Below are positions 9,420 to 18,563 of a stretch of DNA of 60,788 nt, piece by piece. This stretch comes from Bacteroidota bacterium (lineage in GTDB: Bacteria; Bacteroidota; Bacteroidia; Cytophagales; Cyclobacteriaceae). Location: positions 1 through 60,788 of the forward strand of contig JAHEMS010000001.1 in NCBI GenBank assembly GCA_024643595.1, given 5' to 3'. The notes beneath the pieces are model-generated. The model ran no database searches, was not told the origin of the DNA, and saw nothing but the letters and a program-made list of their open reading frames with translations. Every line of letters begins with the position of its first letter. Position 1 is the stretch's first letter. The position numbers were made by a program, and so were the translations under genes.

Positions 9420-10487
9420 ATGAGACTTGTTATTTTATTTATTTGCTTCCTGATCATTGCCTGCAGCATTAAGAAAAAGGAATTGGTTGTTTTGCCCGAA
9501 GAGGCCGGATCGATTGATTTATCTTCAATAGGGAAAGAAAAATTATCTGAATATGGATTTTTTGTTGGTGAACTAAAAAATCTTTCACCATCAGATGAAG
9601 TTGTTCCTTATGCGCTTAACGCAGCGTTGTTTACGGATTATGCATTCAAGCAGCGGTTTGTAAAAATCCCAAACGGGATGAAAGTTAACTTCAACGCGGC
9701 GGATGTATTTGATTTTCCCGAAGGAACGGTCCTCATTAAGAATTTTTTTTATCCGGCTGATTTTAGGAAACCGGAAGCAAACATCCGAATCCTGGAAACG
9801 CGTTTACTTATTAATGAAGCAGGTTCGTGGAAAGCATTGCCTTACCTCTGGAACGATGAACAAAATGAGGCCTTCCTGAATGTGGCTGGAAAAAATATTC
9901 CTGTGTCCTGGACTCACTATGATGGAACACTAAAGAACATCAGCTATTCAGTTCCCAATATGAATCAATGTAAAGGATGTCATCTTCGTGGCGATAAAGT
10001 GATGCCAATTGGGCCAACCGCACGTCAGTTAAATGGAGATTATCATTATGCTGCAGGGACTAGAAATCAGCTTGACTACTGGAAGGAATTAAATGTAATT
10101 AAAAATATCCCGGATAGTATGAAAGGGCCACGCTTGGCTGGTTATGAAGATCAGTCAGTTGCTGTCAGTGAACGCGCTCGCGCCTGGCTTGAGATCAACT
10201 GCGCACATTGTCATCGGGCGGACGGTCCGGCGAAAAATAGTGGTCTGTATTTACTCGCGAGTGAAAACGACCCCTCCAAATTAGGAATAGGCAAGGCGCC
10301 TGTTGCAGCTGGCAAAGGATCAGGTGGCTTACTCTATGATATTGTTCCCGGCAAACCGGATGAGTCTATTATGCAATTCCGTATTGAATCAGTGCACCCG
10401 GGAATCATGATGCCTGAATTGGGTCGTTCCATTACACACGATGAAGGTGTGGCCCTGGTAAGAACCTGGATAGCTGAAATGAAATAA
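9420..10487 (+). CDS. SO2930-family diheme c-type cytochrome lipoprotein
   Basis: Lipobox IIAC; two CxxCH motifs (CKGCH, CAHCH); LFTDYAFKQRF, ETRLL, MMPELGRS. Confidence 0.87.
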   Translation: MRLVILFICFLIIACSIKKKELVVLPEEAGSIDLSSIGKEKLSEYGFFVGELKNLSPSDEVVPYALNAALFTDYAFKQRFVKIPNGMKVNFNAADVFDFPEGTVLIKNFFYPADFRKPEANIRILETRLLINEAGSWKALPYLWNDEQNEAFLNVAGKNIPVSWTHYDGTLKNISYSVPNMNQCKGCHLRGDKVMPIGPTARQLNGDYHYAAGTRNQLDYWKELNVIKNIPDSMKGPRLAGYEDQSVAVSERARAWLEINCAHCHRADGPAKNSGLYLLASENDPSKLGIGKAPVAAGKGSGGLLYDIVPGKPDESIMQFRIESVHPGIMMPELGRSITHDEGVALVRTWIAEMK

Positions 10488-10550
10488 ATATTTTGGATTG
10501 CGCTATTTGAATCGTTGCAAAATAAATAGCTTGATAGCCAAATATACTTC

Positions 10551-11789
10551 ATGAAAAAAATAGAAATAATAGCTGCCATTCTCATTCTCTTCTTGTTCAA
10601 TGGCGCTGACTTTCACCAAAAAAATCCTTTTGAATTCAGGATACGAACGATAACAGCTGGAGTTACCCTCGTTAATATTTCGGATACCCAATCAATCGTT
10701 GAAGCCATTAAATTTTTAGAGGGAGCAAAACAAGTATTTGTTCAAAAAGGCTATGAAGTTCAAACCATAAGAATCGCAACCCAAAATTTACACGAATTAA
10801 TTTCAGGTAAGCCAGACGCTAACACAATTGAATATTTAAAAGCGATGGATGTTCTGGCCGCAAAACACGATGTGGCATTTTCGATTGGAGAAATATTGGC
10901 GAATGATCAATATGACGCTGACCTGGCAAGTTGGACTGCACGACTTGTCAAGGAGACCTCAAATATTAATTTTAGTATTCCGATTGCTTCTGTCAAAAAT
11001 GGTATTCATAAAAAGTCAATTAAAACGGCAGCCCAAATCTGTAAAGCTTTGTCCAACAGCAGTGAAGGTGGAGAAGCTAATTTTAGATTTACAGCCTCAG
11101 CCAATTGTCCTGACGGGATTCCATTTTTTCCGGCAGCCTTTCATAAAGGGATAAATAGTTTCGCGATAGGCCTGGAATATCCAAACGTTATAACACGTGT
11201 TTTCAAGAAATCAGATTGGGAGCATGCTGAAGAAAATCTTAAAAAGGCGTTGGAAATTGAGATGAAACCAATCGAGGAACTCGCTAACAACATGCAAAAC
11301 AGCATGGGATGGAAGTACGATGGTATTGATACTTCTCCGGCTCCAGGGCTGGACGCTAGTATCGGGGAATCGATAGAAGCTTTAACCAAAAAGCCATTTG
11401 GTGCTGTAACAACATTACGTGCTTGCGCTATCATTACTAATGTGATTAAAAACCTGGATATAAAAACCTGCGGATATTCTGGTTTGATGCTTCCGGTTAT
11501 TGAAGATAAAACATTGGCGAAGAGAGCCAGCGAAGGACGCTATACGGTGGAAGAATTGTTGCTTTTTTCTTCGGTATCCGGAACGGGATTGGATGTTATT
11601 CCAATTTCAGGAAGCACCCCGATTGAGACGATTGAAGGAATATATCAGGATGTAGCGGCGCTATCCTTAAGATATTTTAACAAAGCCTTGTCGGCAAGAC
11701 TTTTCCCTATTCCCGGAAAGGAAGCGGGGCAGGTTGTTGAGTTTAGTAATCCGTTTCTTACTTCTTCTATTATTATGAATTTGGAATAG
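10551..11789 (+). CDS. DUF711 (UPF0210)-family protein with N-terminal signal-like segment
   Basis: IRTIT, PFFPAAFH, GYSGLMLPVIED, SSVSGTGLDVIP, LSARLFP. Confidence 0.82.
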   Translation: MKKIEIIAAILILFLFNGADFHQKNPFEFRIRTITAGVTLVNISDTQSIVEAIKFLEGAKQVFVQKGYEVQTIRIATQNLHELISGKPDANTIEYLKAMDVLAAKHDVAFSIGEILANDQYDADLASWTARLVKETSNINFSIPIASVKNGIHKKSIKTAAQICKALSNSSEGGEANFRFTASANCPDGIPFFPAAFHKGINSFAIGLEYPNVITRVFKKSDWEHAEENLKKALEIEMKPIEELANNMQNSMGWKYDGIDTSPAPGLDASIGESIEALTKKPFGAVTTLRACAIITNVIKNLDIKTCGYSGLMLPVIEDKTLAKRASEGRYTVEELLLFSSVSGTGLDVIPISGSTPIETIEGIYQDVAALSLRYFNKALSARLFPIPGKEAGQVVEFSNPFLTSSIIMNLE

Positions 11790-11797
11790 AAGTTAAT

Positions 11798-13327
11798 CTA
11801 TAAATCCCTGATCTTTTTTAAATGCTCACTCATTGTTTTAACTCTATCCGGGAATTCTCTTGCTCGGTTCTTCCTTTCCCTAATGTCTTCTTTCAAATTG
11901 TATAATTGAGGTAGACTGTCATTGCCTAATTCAATATTCGTTTCTTTAGCCATTTTAGCGCCAGTGGAAGGCTCAATATATTTCCAATCTTTTGTAATAA
12001 GTGATAGGGTAGAATTAACAGATTGCTCTACCACCCAATTCCTGATCTTGTCAGCTTTGTTAAGATAGGTATTGATAAAATTTTGGCTGTCCGGAGCATC
12101 TCCTACAGTTATTTTTTGACCCACCAAGCTGGAAAGGGATGCATATAAATCAACCTGACTGACAAGAGACTCAGATACATTGCCCTCAGCTACTTTGTTT
12201 TTCCATACCACAATGAACGGAACTCTTGTGCCAGCCTCAAAAGCACTATACTTTCCACCACGCAATGATCCTGCAGGTTTATGTTCGCTTAATTTTTCTA
12301 CGGCCTGATCCTGGTACCCATCATCTACCACTGGTCCGTTATCACTTGTAAAAATAATCAATGTATTCTCCGATAGATTATTTTTTGTCACGGCTTCCAT
12401 GATTTGACCTACACTCCAATCGAGTTGAAGGATGGCGTCGCCTCTTGGTCCCATTCCTGATTTTCCTTCAAACCTGGCATGTGGCATTCTGGGCACGTGA
12501 ATATCATGCGTTGAAAAATACAGGAAGAATTTTTTGTTTCTATTTTGTGCTATAAAAGCAACTGCCTTTTGGGTAATCACATCAGCCATATCTTCGTCTA
12601 TCCATAGCGCTGATTTGCCTCCGCTCATATAGCCAATTCGACTTACACCATTTACAATAGTTTGATCATGCCCATGTGAAGGTTTCATTTTTAATAAGTC
12701 AGGATTTTTTTTCCCTGTCGGATCGCTTGGATTAATTGGATCTTTATAGCTGACGGTGATTGGGTCGTTGGGATCAAGATCGACAACACGATGATTTTCT
12801 ACATAGACACAAGGCACTCGGTCTCCGGTGGCCGGTATGATAAACGAATAATTAAATCCGATCTCCAGGGGGCCGGGTTTTATGTCATCATTCCATTCCG
12901 GGCCATTTTCTCCGCCTAATCCTAAGTGCCACTTTCCAACTACGCCGGTTGTATATCCTGCTGCCTGCAGCATGCGAGGCATTGTTCCTTTATCAGTGGG
13001 TATAATAAGAGAAGCGTTTCCCGGGGCAACCCCGGTTCCTTGTTTCCTCCAGGCATATCGCCCAGTCAAAAGCGAAAAGCGTGAAGGTGTGCACGTTGCT
13101 GAGGTAGCATGAGCGTTGGTAAAACGTACGCCAGCTTTTGCGAGTTTATCAATATTGGGTGTAGCAATGGTATTGGCTCCATAGCAACCAATATCGCCAT
13201 AGCCCACGTCATCGGTATAGATCAGAATAATATTGGGGTGATCGTTCTTAGCTGACTGCGCAATTATATTAAAAGGCAGTGTAAGCAAAGCACTGAACAG
13301 AAGGAAATTTACTTTGACGGTAATCAT
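11798..13327 (-). CDS. Arylsulfatase (Cys-type formylglycine sulfatase)
   Basis: PNIILIYTDDVG, CTPSR signature, GKWHLG, FTSDNG; signal peptide. Confidence 0.95.
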   Translation of the reverse strand: MITVKVNFLLFSALLTLPFNIIAQSAKNDHPNIILIYTDDVGYGDIGCYGANTIATPNIDKLAKAGVRFTNAHATSATCTPSRFSLLTGRYAWRKQGTGVAPGNASLIIPTDKGTMPRMLQAAGYTTGVVGKWHLGLGGENGPEWNDDIKPGPLEIGFNYSFIIPATGDRVPCVYVENHRVVDLDPNDPITVSYKDPINPSDPTGKKNPDLLKMKPSHGHDQTIVNGVSRIGYMSGGKSALWIDEDMADVITQKAVAFIAQNRNKKFFLYFSTHDIHVPRMPHARFEGKSGMGPRGDAILQLDWSVGQIMEAVTKNNLSENTLIIFTSDNGPVVDDGYQDQAVEKLSEHKPAGSLRGGKYSAFEAGTRVPFIVVWKNKVAEGNVSESLVSQVDLYASLSSLVGQKITVGDAPDSQNFINTYLNKADKIRNWVVEQSVNSTLSLITKDWKYIEPSTGAKMAKETNIELGNDSLPQLYNLKEDIRERKNRAREFPDRVKTMSEHLKKIRDL

Positions 13328-13443
13328 TAGGGTTGTTTTAATTTTAACAATCAGATTATGGTTTGTTGATCAATATATTTCTGAATTGTTTGATATAACA
13401 ACCACCAGCATCAGGGATGCAGTTAAAAATTGATTTCCTGAAT

Positions 13444-13463
13444 ATTACTTCTGGTGAAGTAAT
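13444..13463. terminator. 8-bp hairpin downstream of the PLP enzyme gene (possible terminator or stabiliser)
   Basis: ATTACTTC-TGGT-GAAGTAAT, 11 nt past the stop; no clear U-tract. Confidence 0.3.
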
Positions 13464-13474
13464 CGAACGAGCTA

Positions 13475-14692
13475 TTATTGACCTTTCCCCCTGGCGGAAA
13501 TCTGAAGAATGGACTCCACTTTGTCATTACGAGTGCCATACATGAAATCATATTCATTCACAATTGGGTCGCAATGCGGGACAATCATTTCCAGTTTATC
13601 ACCGATTTTATAAGTTTTATTCGCTTTATCAAATGAGATGGTTCCGTATTCGTCAGAGCCCGCATTATATACAAAGTCTGGTTCACCAATTACAATTGCC
13701 GGAGGCTGATTTAATGTAAATGCTTTTGCTCCAGAGTCAGTGATGATGCGGCCTGGATGATTCATGTTAATAATGGTAGCCAATACAGTTAGTGAAGGAG
13801 CGAAGTCATCAAAAACTTTTTCATTTTTTTCACCACCAATTTCCATATACTGACGGTCCATAAACACATAGCTACCCACTTGAACGTCTGTAAATCCTGC
13901 TATGTCCTGCATCATATCATATGTTCCAGTGCTGCCGCCACTAAAGATTTCCAAATTCAAACCGGCCGCCTTCATTTTGTTATAAGTCTCAACCACTGGT
14001 TCAAAACTTTTCAATGCCCATTCTTTTCTTGCCTTAAAGCCTACCACGTGGGTAGCAATGCCATCATAAGCAAGAATGCCTCTGAATTTAAGATTGGGAA
14101 ATTTATCTACCATTTGCGCCAGGGCAAGTGCTGGTGCTCCTGGCAGAACACCGGACCTTTGAATTACATCAATGTCTACAACCACATCGGCAATGATGCC
14201 GGCCGCTTTGGCTGCATCCTGAAGATCCTGCGCGTTTTGAGGATTGTCAACGGCTTGAATGAATCCACTATATTTTTTACGCAGTGCCATGGCTTTCTTA
14301 ATCTTTGGAATGGTGACATTCACCCCTGTCATTAATACATGCTGAATACCATTTTCCAGCATGATTTCCGATTCAGAAAGTTTAGCTGCGCAAACACCAA
14401 CCGCCCCGGCAGCAACTTGCATTTTTGCAATAGCAGGGCATTTATGTGTCTTCACATGGGGCCGGACTTTAACAGACGTGCCTTTCAAACGATTGTGTAC
14501 TACTTTTATATTCTGCTCCATCTTGTCCAGATCTACACAGAGAGCAGGACTATCTAAATCCCATTTAGACTTTCCTACATCGGAAGAGGCCTTTTCAAGA
14601 TTTTTTGCTTGTAAAGTTGGAGATAGAAAACCACCAATAGTGGCTACTGCACCAGCTTGAAGAAATTTTCTACGATTCAGGGAGTTTGACAT
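13475..14692 (-). CDS. Fold-type III PLP enzyme (DSD1 / D-threonine aldolase-like) with Tat signal
   Basis: NRRKFL twin-arginine motif; PLP lysine in RPHVKTHK; SGGSTGT, QVGSYVFMD, SDEYG, PHCDP. Confidence 0.88.
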   Translation of the reverse strand: MSNSLNRRKFLQAGAVATIGGFLSPTLQAKNLEKASSDVGKSKWDLDSPALCVDLDKMEQNIKVVHNRLKGTSVKVRPHVKTHKCPAIAKMQVAAGAVGVCAAKLSESEIMLENGIQHVLMTGVNVTIPKIKKAMALRKKYSGFIQAVDNPQNAQDLQDAAKAAGIIADVVVDIDVIQRSGVLPGAPALALAQMVDKFPNLKFRGILAYDGIATHVVGFKARKEWALKSFEPVVETYNKMKAAGLNLEIFSGGSTGTYDMMQDIAGFTDVQVGSYVFMDRQYMEIGGEKNEKVFDDFAPSLTVLATIINMNHPGRIITDSGAKAFTLNQPPAIVIGEPDFVYNAGSDEYGTISFDKANKTYKIGDKLEMIVPHCDPIVNEYDFMYGTRNDKVESILQISARGKGQ

Positions 14693-14733
14693 TTTTCAAG
14701 GGATTATTTTTAAATCTATTGAAAAATGTCAAA
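14685..14733. repeat. Perfect 15-bp inverted repeat overlapping the PLP enzyme start codon
   Basis: TTTGACATTTTTCAA (14685-14699) and TTGAAAAATGTCAAA (14719-14733), 19-nt spacer. Confidence 0.9.
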
Positions 14734-14764
14734 ATAAAGAAGTGAATTTAGATAAGGGACGGTG

Positions 14765-14971
14765 TTAATAGATTTCCCTGATTTCAAAATCATGCCCTTT
14801 CCCAAATTTGATGGTGTCTTTCAGGAGGTAGCGCTCCAATGTATGAAGGTCTTTTACCTTGAAGTCACCATTGACAAGGATACGTTCAATTTCAAACTCG
14901 TAATTATCTCCAAAATTTTTGAGCCGGTATTTTTTCCCTACCCGTAACACATCAAATGATAATCCCGCCAT
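14765..14971 (-). CDS. Small hypothetical protein (68 aa)
   Basis: ATG overlaps the upstream stop (TAATG); fills the gap; globular-looking composition. Confidence 0.7.
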   Translation of the reverse strand: MAGLSFDVLRVGKKYRLKNFGDNYEFEIERILVNGDFKVKDLHTLERYLLKDTIKFGKGHDFEIREIY

Positions 14972-15351
14972 TATAAATCTTCTTCTCGTTCCAGCATGAG
15001 AATTGACGACTGAGGAACAATGAAGAGCTTTTGACCTTCATACATGACTTCAATGGCGCCTTTCTGTAAGAATATGGCCATATCGCCTTCTTGGGCCTGC
15101 AATGGCAAATATTTTATTTGATCATCTTTACCCTTCCAAACATCATCTTCATCCGCGGGCAAAGGAAGCGGATATCCGGGCCCAACTTTAATAACAAATC
15201 CGCGTTGAATTTTTTCCTTTTCCTGAACACTGGGTGGAAGATATAATCCACTATCGGTGCGGTCAGATTCTTTCACCGGGCGAATGAGCACCCGGTCACC
15301 CACCACAATGAGTTTTTTTAGTTTATTGTCAGCGGTAATTTTCATAGGCAT
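14971..15351 (-). CDS. GroES-like co-chaperonin family protein
   Basis: VGDRVLIRP, TDSGLYLP, GFVIKVGPG, QEGD. Confidence 0.85.
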   Translation of the reverse strand: MPMKITADNKLKKLIVVGDRVLIRPVKESDRTDSGLYLPPSVQEKEKIQRGFVIKVGPGYPLPLPADEDDVWKGKDDQIKYLPLQAQEGDMAIFLQKGAIEVMYEGQKLFIVPQSSILMLEREEDL

Positions 15352-15396
15352 CGCTTCAAGATGTTTATGTTTCTAACCATCGATAATAAAAGATGT

Positions 15397-15771
15397 TTAT
15401 TTCTTTCGATTCGCTTTGAAGGGGAAACTTTCTCCCTCCACAAACATATTGCCAGTCATTTCGTCTCCGGACAAAGTAGCATTAAGTGTGACGATGTAAC
15501 CTGTATAATTAATTTCCCCGCTTACTTTAGTGGTAACTCCATCCCATGTAAAATTATCAATGTTAAGTTCATTTCCCCTGGAAGTCATTTTAGCTGAAAA
15601 AGTTTTTTCCAGTTCGGTAACCATCATAACACCATTGAAATCTCCCTCAGGTGTACCTGTAATGGAATAATCCCATGTGCCTGCAGGAGTAATTTTTGCT
15701 TTGCTGGTTTTATTGGTAGCACAGGATGTTATCACAACAAGGGAGATAAGAAATACGATTATTTTTTTCAT
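15397..15771 (-). CDS. Hypothetical lipoprotein
   Basis: MKK + hydrophobic stretch + ITSC lipobox; AGTWDY beta-rich domain. Confidence 0.75.
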   Translation of the reverse strand: MKKIIVFLISLVVITSCATNKTSKAKITPAGTWDYSITGTPEGDFNGVMMVTELEKTFSAKMTSRGNELNIDNFTWDGVTTKVSGEINYTGYIVTLNATLSGDEMTGNMFVEGESFPFKANRKK

Positions 15772-15781
15772 AGAAGAATAT

Positions 15782-17104
15782 TTATTTATCAAACAATTCA
15801 GGTTGGTCTTCAGCGCGACTTATAAGTTTGGGATCAATACGTTTATCGGCTTTAGCCCCCAGTTTTTTTAAGTGTTCTACTTTACTGACAAGATTACCAC
15901 TTCCAGTGGTTAATTTTTTCATCGATTCCTCATAATATTTTTTAGAGGAATCCAACTGCCTTCCCAGGTTAAGCAAATCATCGGTGAACCCTACAAACTT
16001 ATCATACAGATCACCTGCACGTTTGGCAATTTCAATGACATTTCGGTTTTGGTATTCCTGTCGCCAGGCACTTTTAATTAATTGTAGGGAGGGCAATAAT
16101 AAGGTAGGGCTTACAAACACGATGCGTTTGTCGAAGGCCTCTTCATATAAGTTGCGATCACTTTGTATCGCCAATAAGTAGGCAGGCTCCAGGGGTATAA
16201 ACATAATCACGAAGTCGAGCCCATTATCCGAATAATTCTTTTGATAGTTTTTTTCGGAAAGCAATCGCATGTGCTGCCGAATTGATACCAGGTGTGCTTT
16301 TACATGAGTGGCGCGCTGCTCATCGGTTTCTGAATTAACATAACCGTTGTAAGCGGTCAAACTCACTTTTGAGTCAATAATAATGTGTTTGTTTTCTGGC
16401 AAATTCAGGATCACATCAGGTTGTTGCCTCCGGCCTTCATTGGTCGTGAAGGATTCCTGTACCAGGAATTCACGACCTTTTTCCAAACCTGACTTTTCCA
16501 GAATGCTCTCCAGAATAAATTCTCCCCAGCTGCCCTGCGCTTTGGTATCACCCTTTAATGCGCGAGTAAGGTTCCGGGCATCTTCACTCATTTGAAGATT
16601 GAGGTCTTTGAGATTTTTTAGTTCATTGAAGAGTCCTGCATTTTTTTCAATGGCATCTTTATTTGTTTGATCCATTTTTTTCTCAAATTCAATAATTCGA
16701 TCTCCCAATGGTTTTAACAAGTCAGAAATGTTGCTCTTATTCTGTTCCGTAAATTTTTTGCTTTTCTCTTCAAATATATCGTTAGCCAGATTCTTGAACT
16801 GGACCGAGAACTTTTCTTCCAGTTTTTCGAGTTCAGCTTTTTGATCCGTTAATTTTTCCTGAAGATTTCGATAATCCGCTTCTGTTGAGGAAAGTGACCC
16901 CGTCAGCTCCACAACTTTATTGCGTTGTAATTCCAGCTCCAGCTTTAATCCGGTTATCTGTTCAGCCGCAACTTTTATCTTTTCGCGTTCGACCTCCACG
17001 CCAGCCGCTTGCTGATTGGTTTCCGCCTGAAATTTAAATCGTGCTATCCACCAGCCCGTTATGCCTCCTGCTACTAATCCAACTGCCAAAAGAATAATTT
17101 CCAT
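15782..17104 (-). CDS. rmuC: DNA recombination protein RmuC
   Basis: N-terminal TM anchor, coiled coil, QGSWGEFILE, QPDVIL, IIDSKVSL, DFVIMFIPLE. Confidence 0.95.
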   Translation of the reverse strand: MEIILLAVGLVAGGITGWWIARFKFQAETNQQAAGVEVEREKIKVAAEQITGLKLELELQRNKVVELTGSLSSTEADYRNLQEKLTDQKAELEKLEEKFSVQFKNLANDIFEEKSKKFTEQNKSNISDLLKPLGDRIIEFEKKMDQTNKDAIEKNAGLFNELKNLKDLNLQMSEDARNLTRALKGDTKAQGSWGEFILESILEKSGLEKGREFLVQESFTTNEGRRQQPDVILNLPENKHIIIDSKVSLTAYNGYVNSETDEQRATHVKAHLVSIRQHMRLLSEKNYQKNYSDNGLDFVIMFIPLEPAYLLAIQSDRNLYEEAFDKRIVFVSPTLLLPSLQLIKSAWRQEYQNRNVIEIAKRAGDLYDKFVGFTDDLLNLGRQLDSSKKYYEESMKKLTTGSGNLVSKVEHLKKLGAKADKRIDPKLISRAEDQPELFDK

Positions 17105-17109
17105 TGCAA

Positions 17110-17179
17110 CAAATTTAGATCATTTCAAATTGGTATCAACTGATTTCGTAGGTGCTTTATGGTGGAATGATTAAATTTG
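17110..17179. promoter_or_regulatory. Divergent pair of -7 promoter elements for rmuC and rocD
   Basis: TAAATTTG on the minus strand (17117-17110) and on the plus strand (17172-17179). Confidence 0.6.
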
Positions 17180-17200
17180 AAACGTATGAATTTCAATACT

Positions 17201-18439
17201 ATGCTATCCGCAATTATATCCAGTCAAGAGGCGATCGAATTAGAAGGAAAGTTTGGTGCGCATAATTATCATCCCCTGGAGGTGGTCTTAAATAAAGGTA
17301 AAGGTGTTTATTTGTGGGATATAGAAGGAAAGCGCTATTTTGATTTCCTTTCGGCTTACAGTGCTGTGAATCAAGGTCACTGTCATCCACGCATCATCAA
17401 TGCTTTAATTGCTCAGGCCAAGGAATTGACACTTACTTCACGTGCATTTTATAATGATAAACTGGGTCTTGCCGAGAAGTATGTATGTGATACTTTCGGT
17501 TACAATAAGGCTTTGTTCATGAACAGTGGTGCGGAGGCAAATGAAACTGCTATCAAACTGGCCCGCAAATGGGGATACACATATAAAGGCATTCCAGATA
17601 ACGAGGCAGTGATCGTGGCGGTAAAGAAAAATTTTCATGGAAGAACAACGGCAATAATTTCTGCCTCTACTGATCCTTCCGCGCGAAGGGGATTTGGGCC
17701 TTTTATGCCAGGCTTTGAAATAGTTGATTATGATAATGTGGATGTCCTTGAGAAGGCGTTGGCTAATCCGAACGTATGCGGGCTTTGGATTGAACCGATA
17801 CAAGGTGAAGCCGGGGTCTATGTTCCTCATGATGGTTATTTAAAAACAGCCTCAGCGTTATGCAGGAAACATAACGTGCTTTTGATGATGGATGAAATTC
17901 AAACAGGCATAGCGCGCACCGGTAAAATGTTGGCATCGGATCATGAAGAGGTTCATCCGGATTTACTTATACTGGGGAAGGCCTTGTCTGGCGGTGTACT
18001 CCCGATTTCAGTGGTGTTGGCTGATGATGAAATCATGCTTGTGATCAAGCCTGGCGAACACGGTTCTACTTTTGGTGGTAATCCGTTGGCGGCATCAGTG
18101 GTAATGGAAGCCTTGCAAGTGGTGAAAGACGAAAATCTTGCGGCTAATGCCGAACGATTAGGAGTCGTTTTCCGCGATAGAATGAATTCACTTAAAGCAA
18201 AATCTGAGTGGATTACTTTGGTGCGAGGCAAAGGTCTGCTCAACGCGATCGTCATCAACGACTCAGCCCAAAGCGAAACGGCCTGGAATATGTGTTTGAA
18301 ATTTGCCGAACATGGATTACTGGCTAAACCAACACATGGCAATATTATTCGCCTTGCACCTCCCCTGGTGATCACGGAAGATCAGGTGCACGAATGCTGT
18401 GATATTATCGATCAATGTGTGATGAACTTCAAAAAGTGA
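17201..18439 (+). CDS. rocD: Ornithine--oxo-acid aminotransferase
   Basis: GAHNYHPL, SAYSAVNQGH, EPIQGEAG, DEIQTG, LGKALSGG, HGSTFGGNP. Start 17201 or 17186; the TTG at 17177 lies inside the promoter. Confidence 0.95.
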   Translation: MLSAIISSQEAIELEGKFGAHNYHPLEVVLNKGKGVYLWDIEGKRYFDFLSAYSAVNQGHCHPRIINALIAQAKELTLTSRAFYNDKLGLAEKYVCDTFGYNKALFMNSGAEANETAIKLARKWGYTYKGIPDNEAVIVAVKKNFHGRTTAIISASTDPSARRGFGPFMPGFEIVDYDNVDVLEKALANPNVCGLWIEPIQGEAGVYVPHDGYLKTASALCRKHNVLLMMDEIQTGIARTGKMLASDHEEVHPDLLILGKALSGGVLPISVVLADDEIMLVIKPGEHGSTFGGNPLAASVVMEALQVVKDENLAANAERLGVVFRDRMNSLKAKSEWITLVRGKGLLNAIVINDSAQSETAWNMCLKFAEHGLLAKPTHGNIIRLAPPLVITEDQVHECCDIIDQCVMNFKK

Positions 18440-18449
18440 TCTGATTTTT

Positions 18450-18548
18450 CTACTCGGGTTTTTCTAATTCAAGATATACATCATCGTCCGAGGTGAATTT
18501 AAAAGGAACAATTATTTTCCCTTCTTTGTCGATGGCACCAATATGCAT
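18450..18548 (-). pseudogene. 32-aa ORF containing one WG-repeat-like unit (probable gene remnant)
   Basis: Manual translation MHIGAIDKEGKIIVPFKFTSDDDVYLELEKPE*; GAIDKEGKIIVPFKF resembles the WG beta-repeat unit. Confidence 0.5.
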
Positions 18549-18563
18549 ATTTTGAAAACCAGG

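Noticed and set aside
13880-14660. Plus-strand ORFs of 72-151 aa opposite the PLP enzyme
   Set aside because: Antisense shadows of a well-supported gene, with no recognisable motifs.
15358-15400. Direct repeat AAGATGTTTAT x2 upstream of the GroES-like gene
   Set aside because: AT-rich 11-mer with two copies only; not a CIRCE element; chance is likely.
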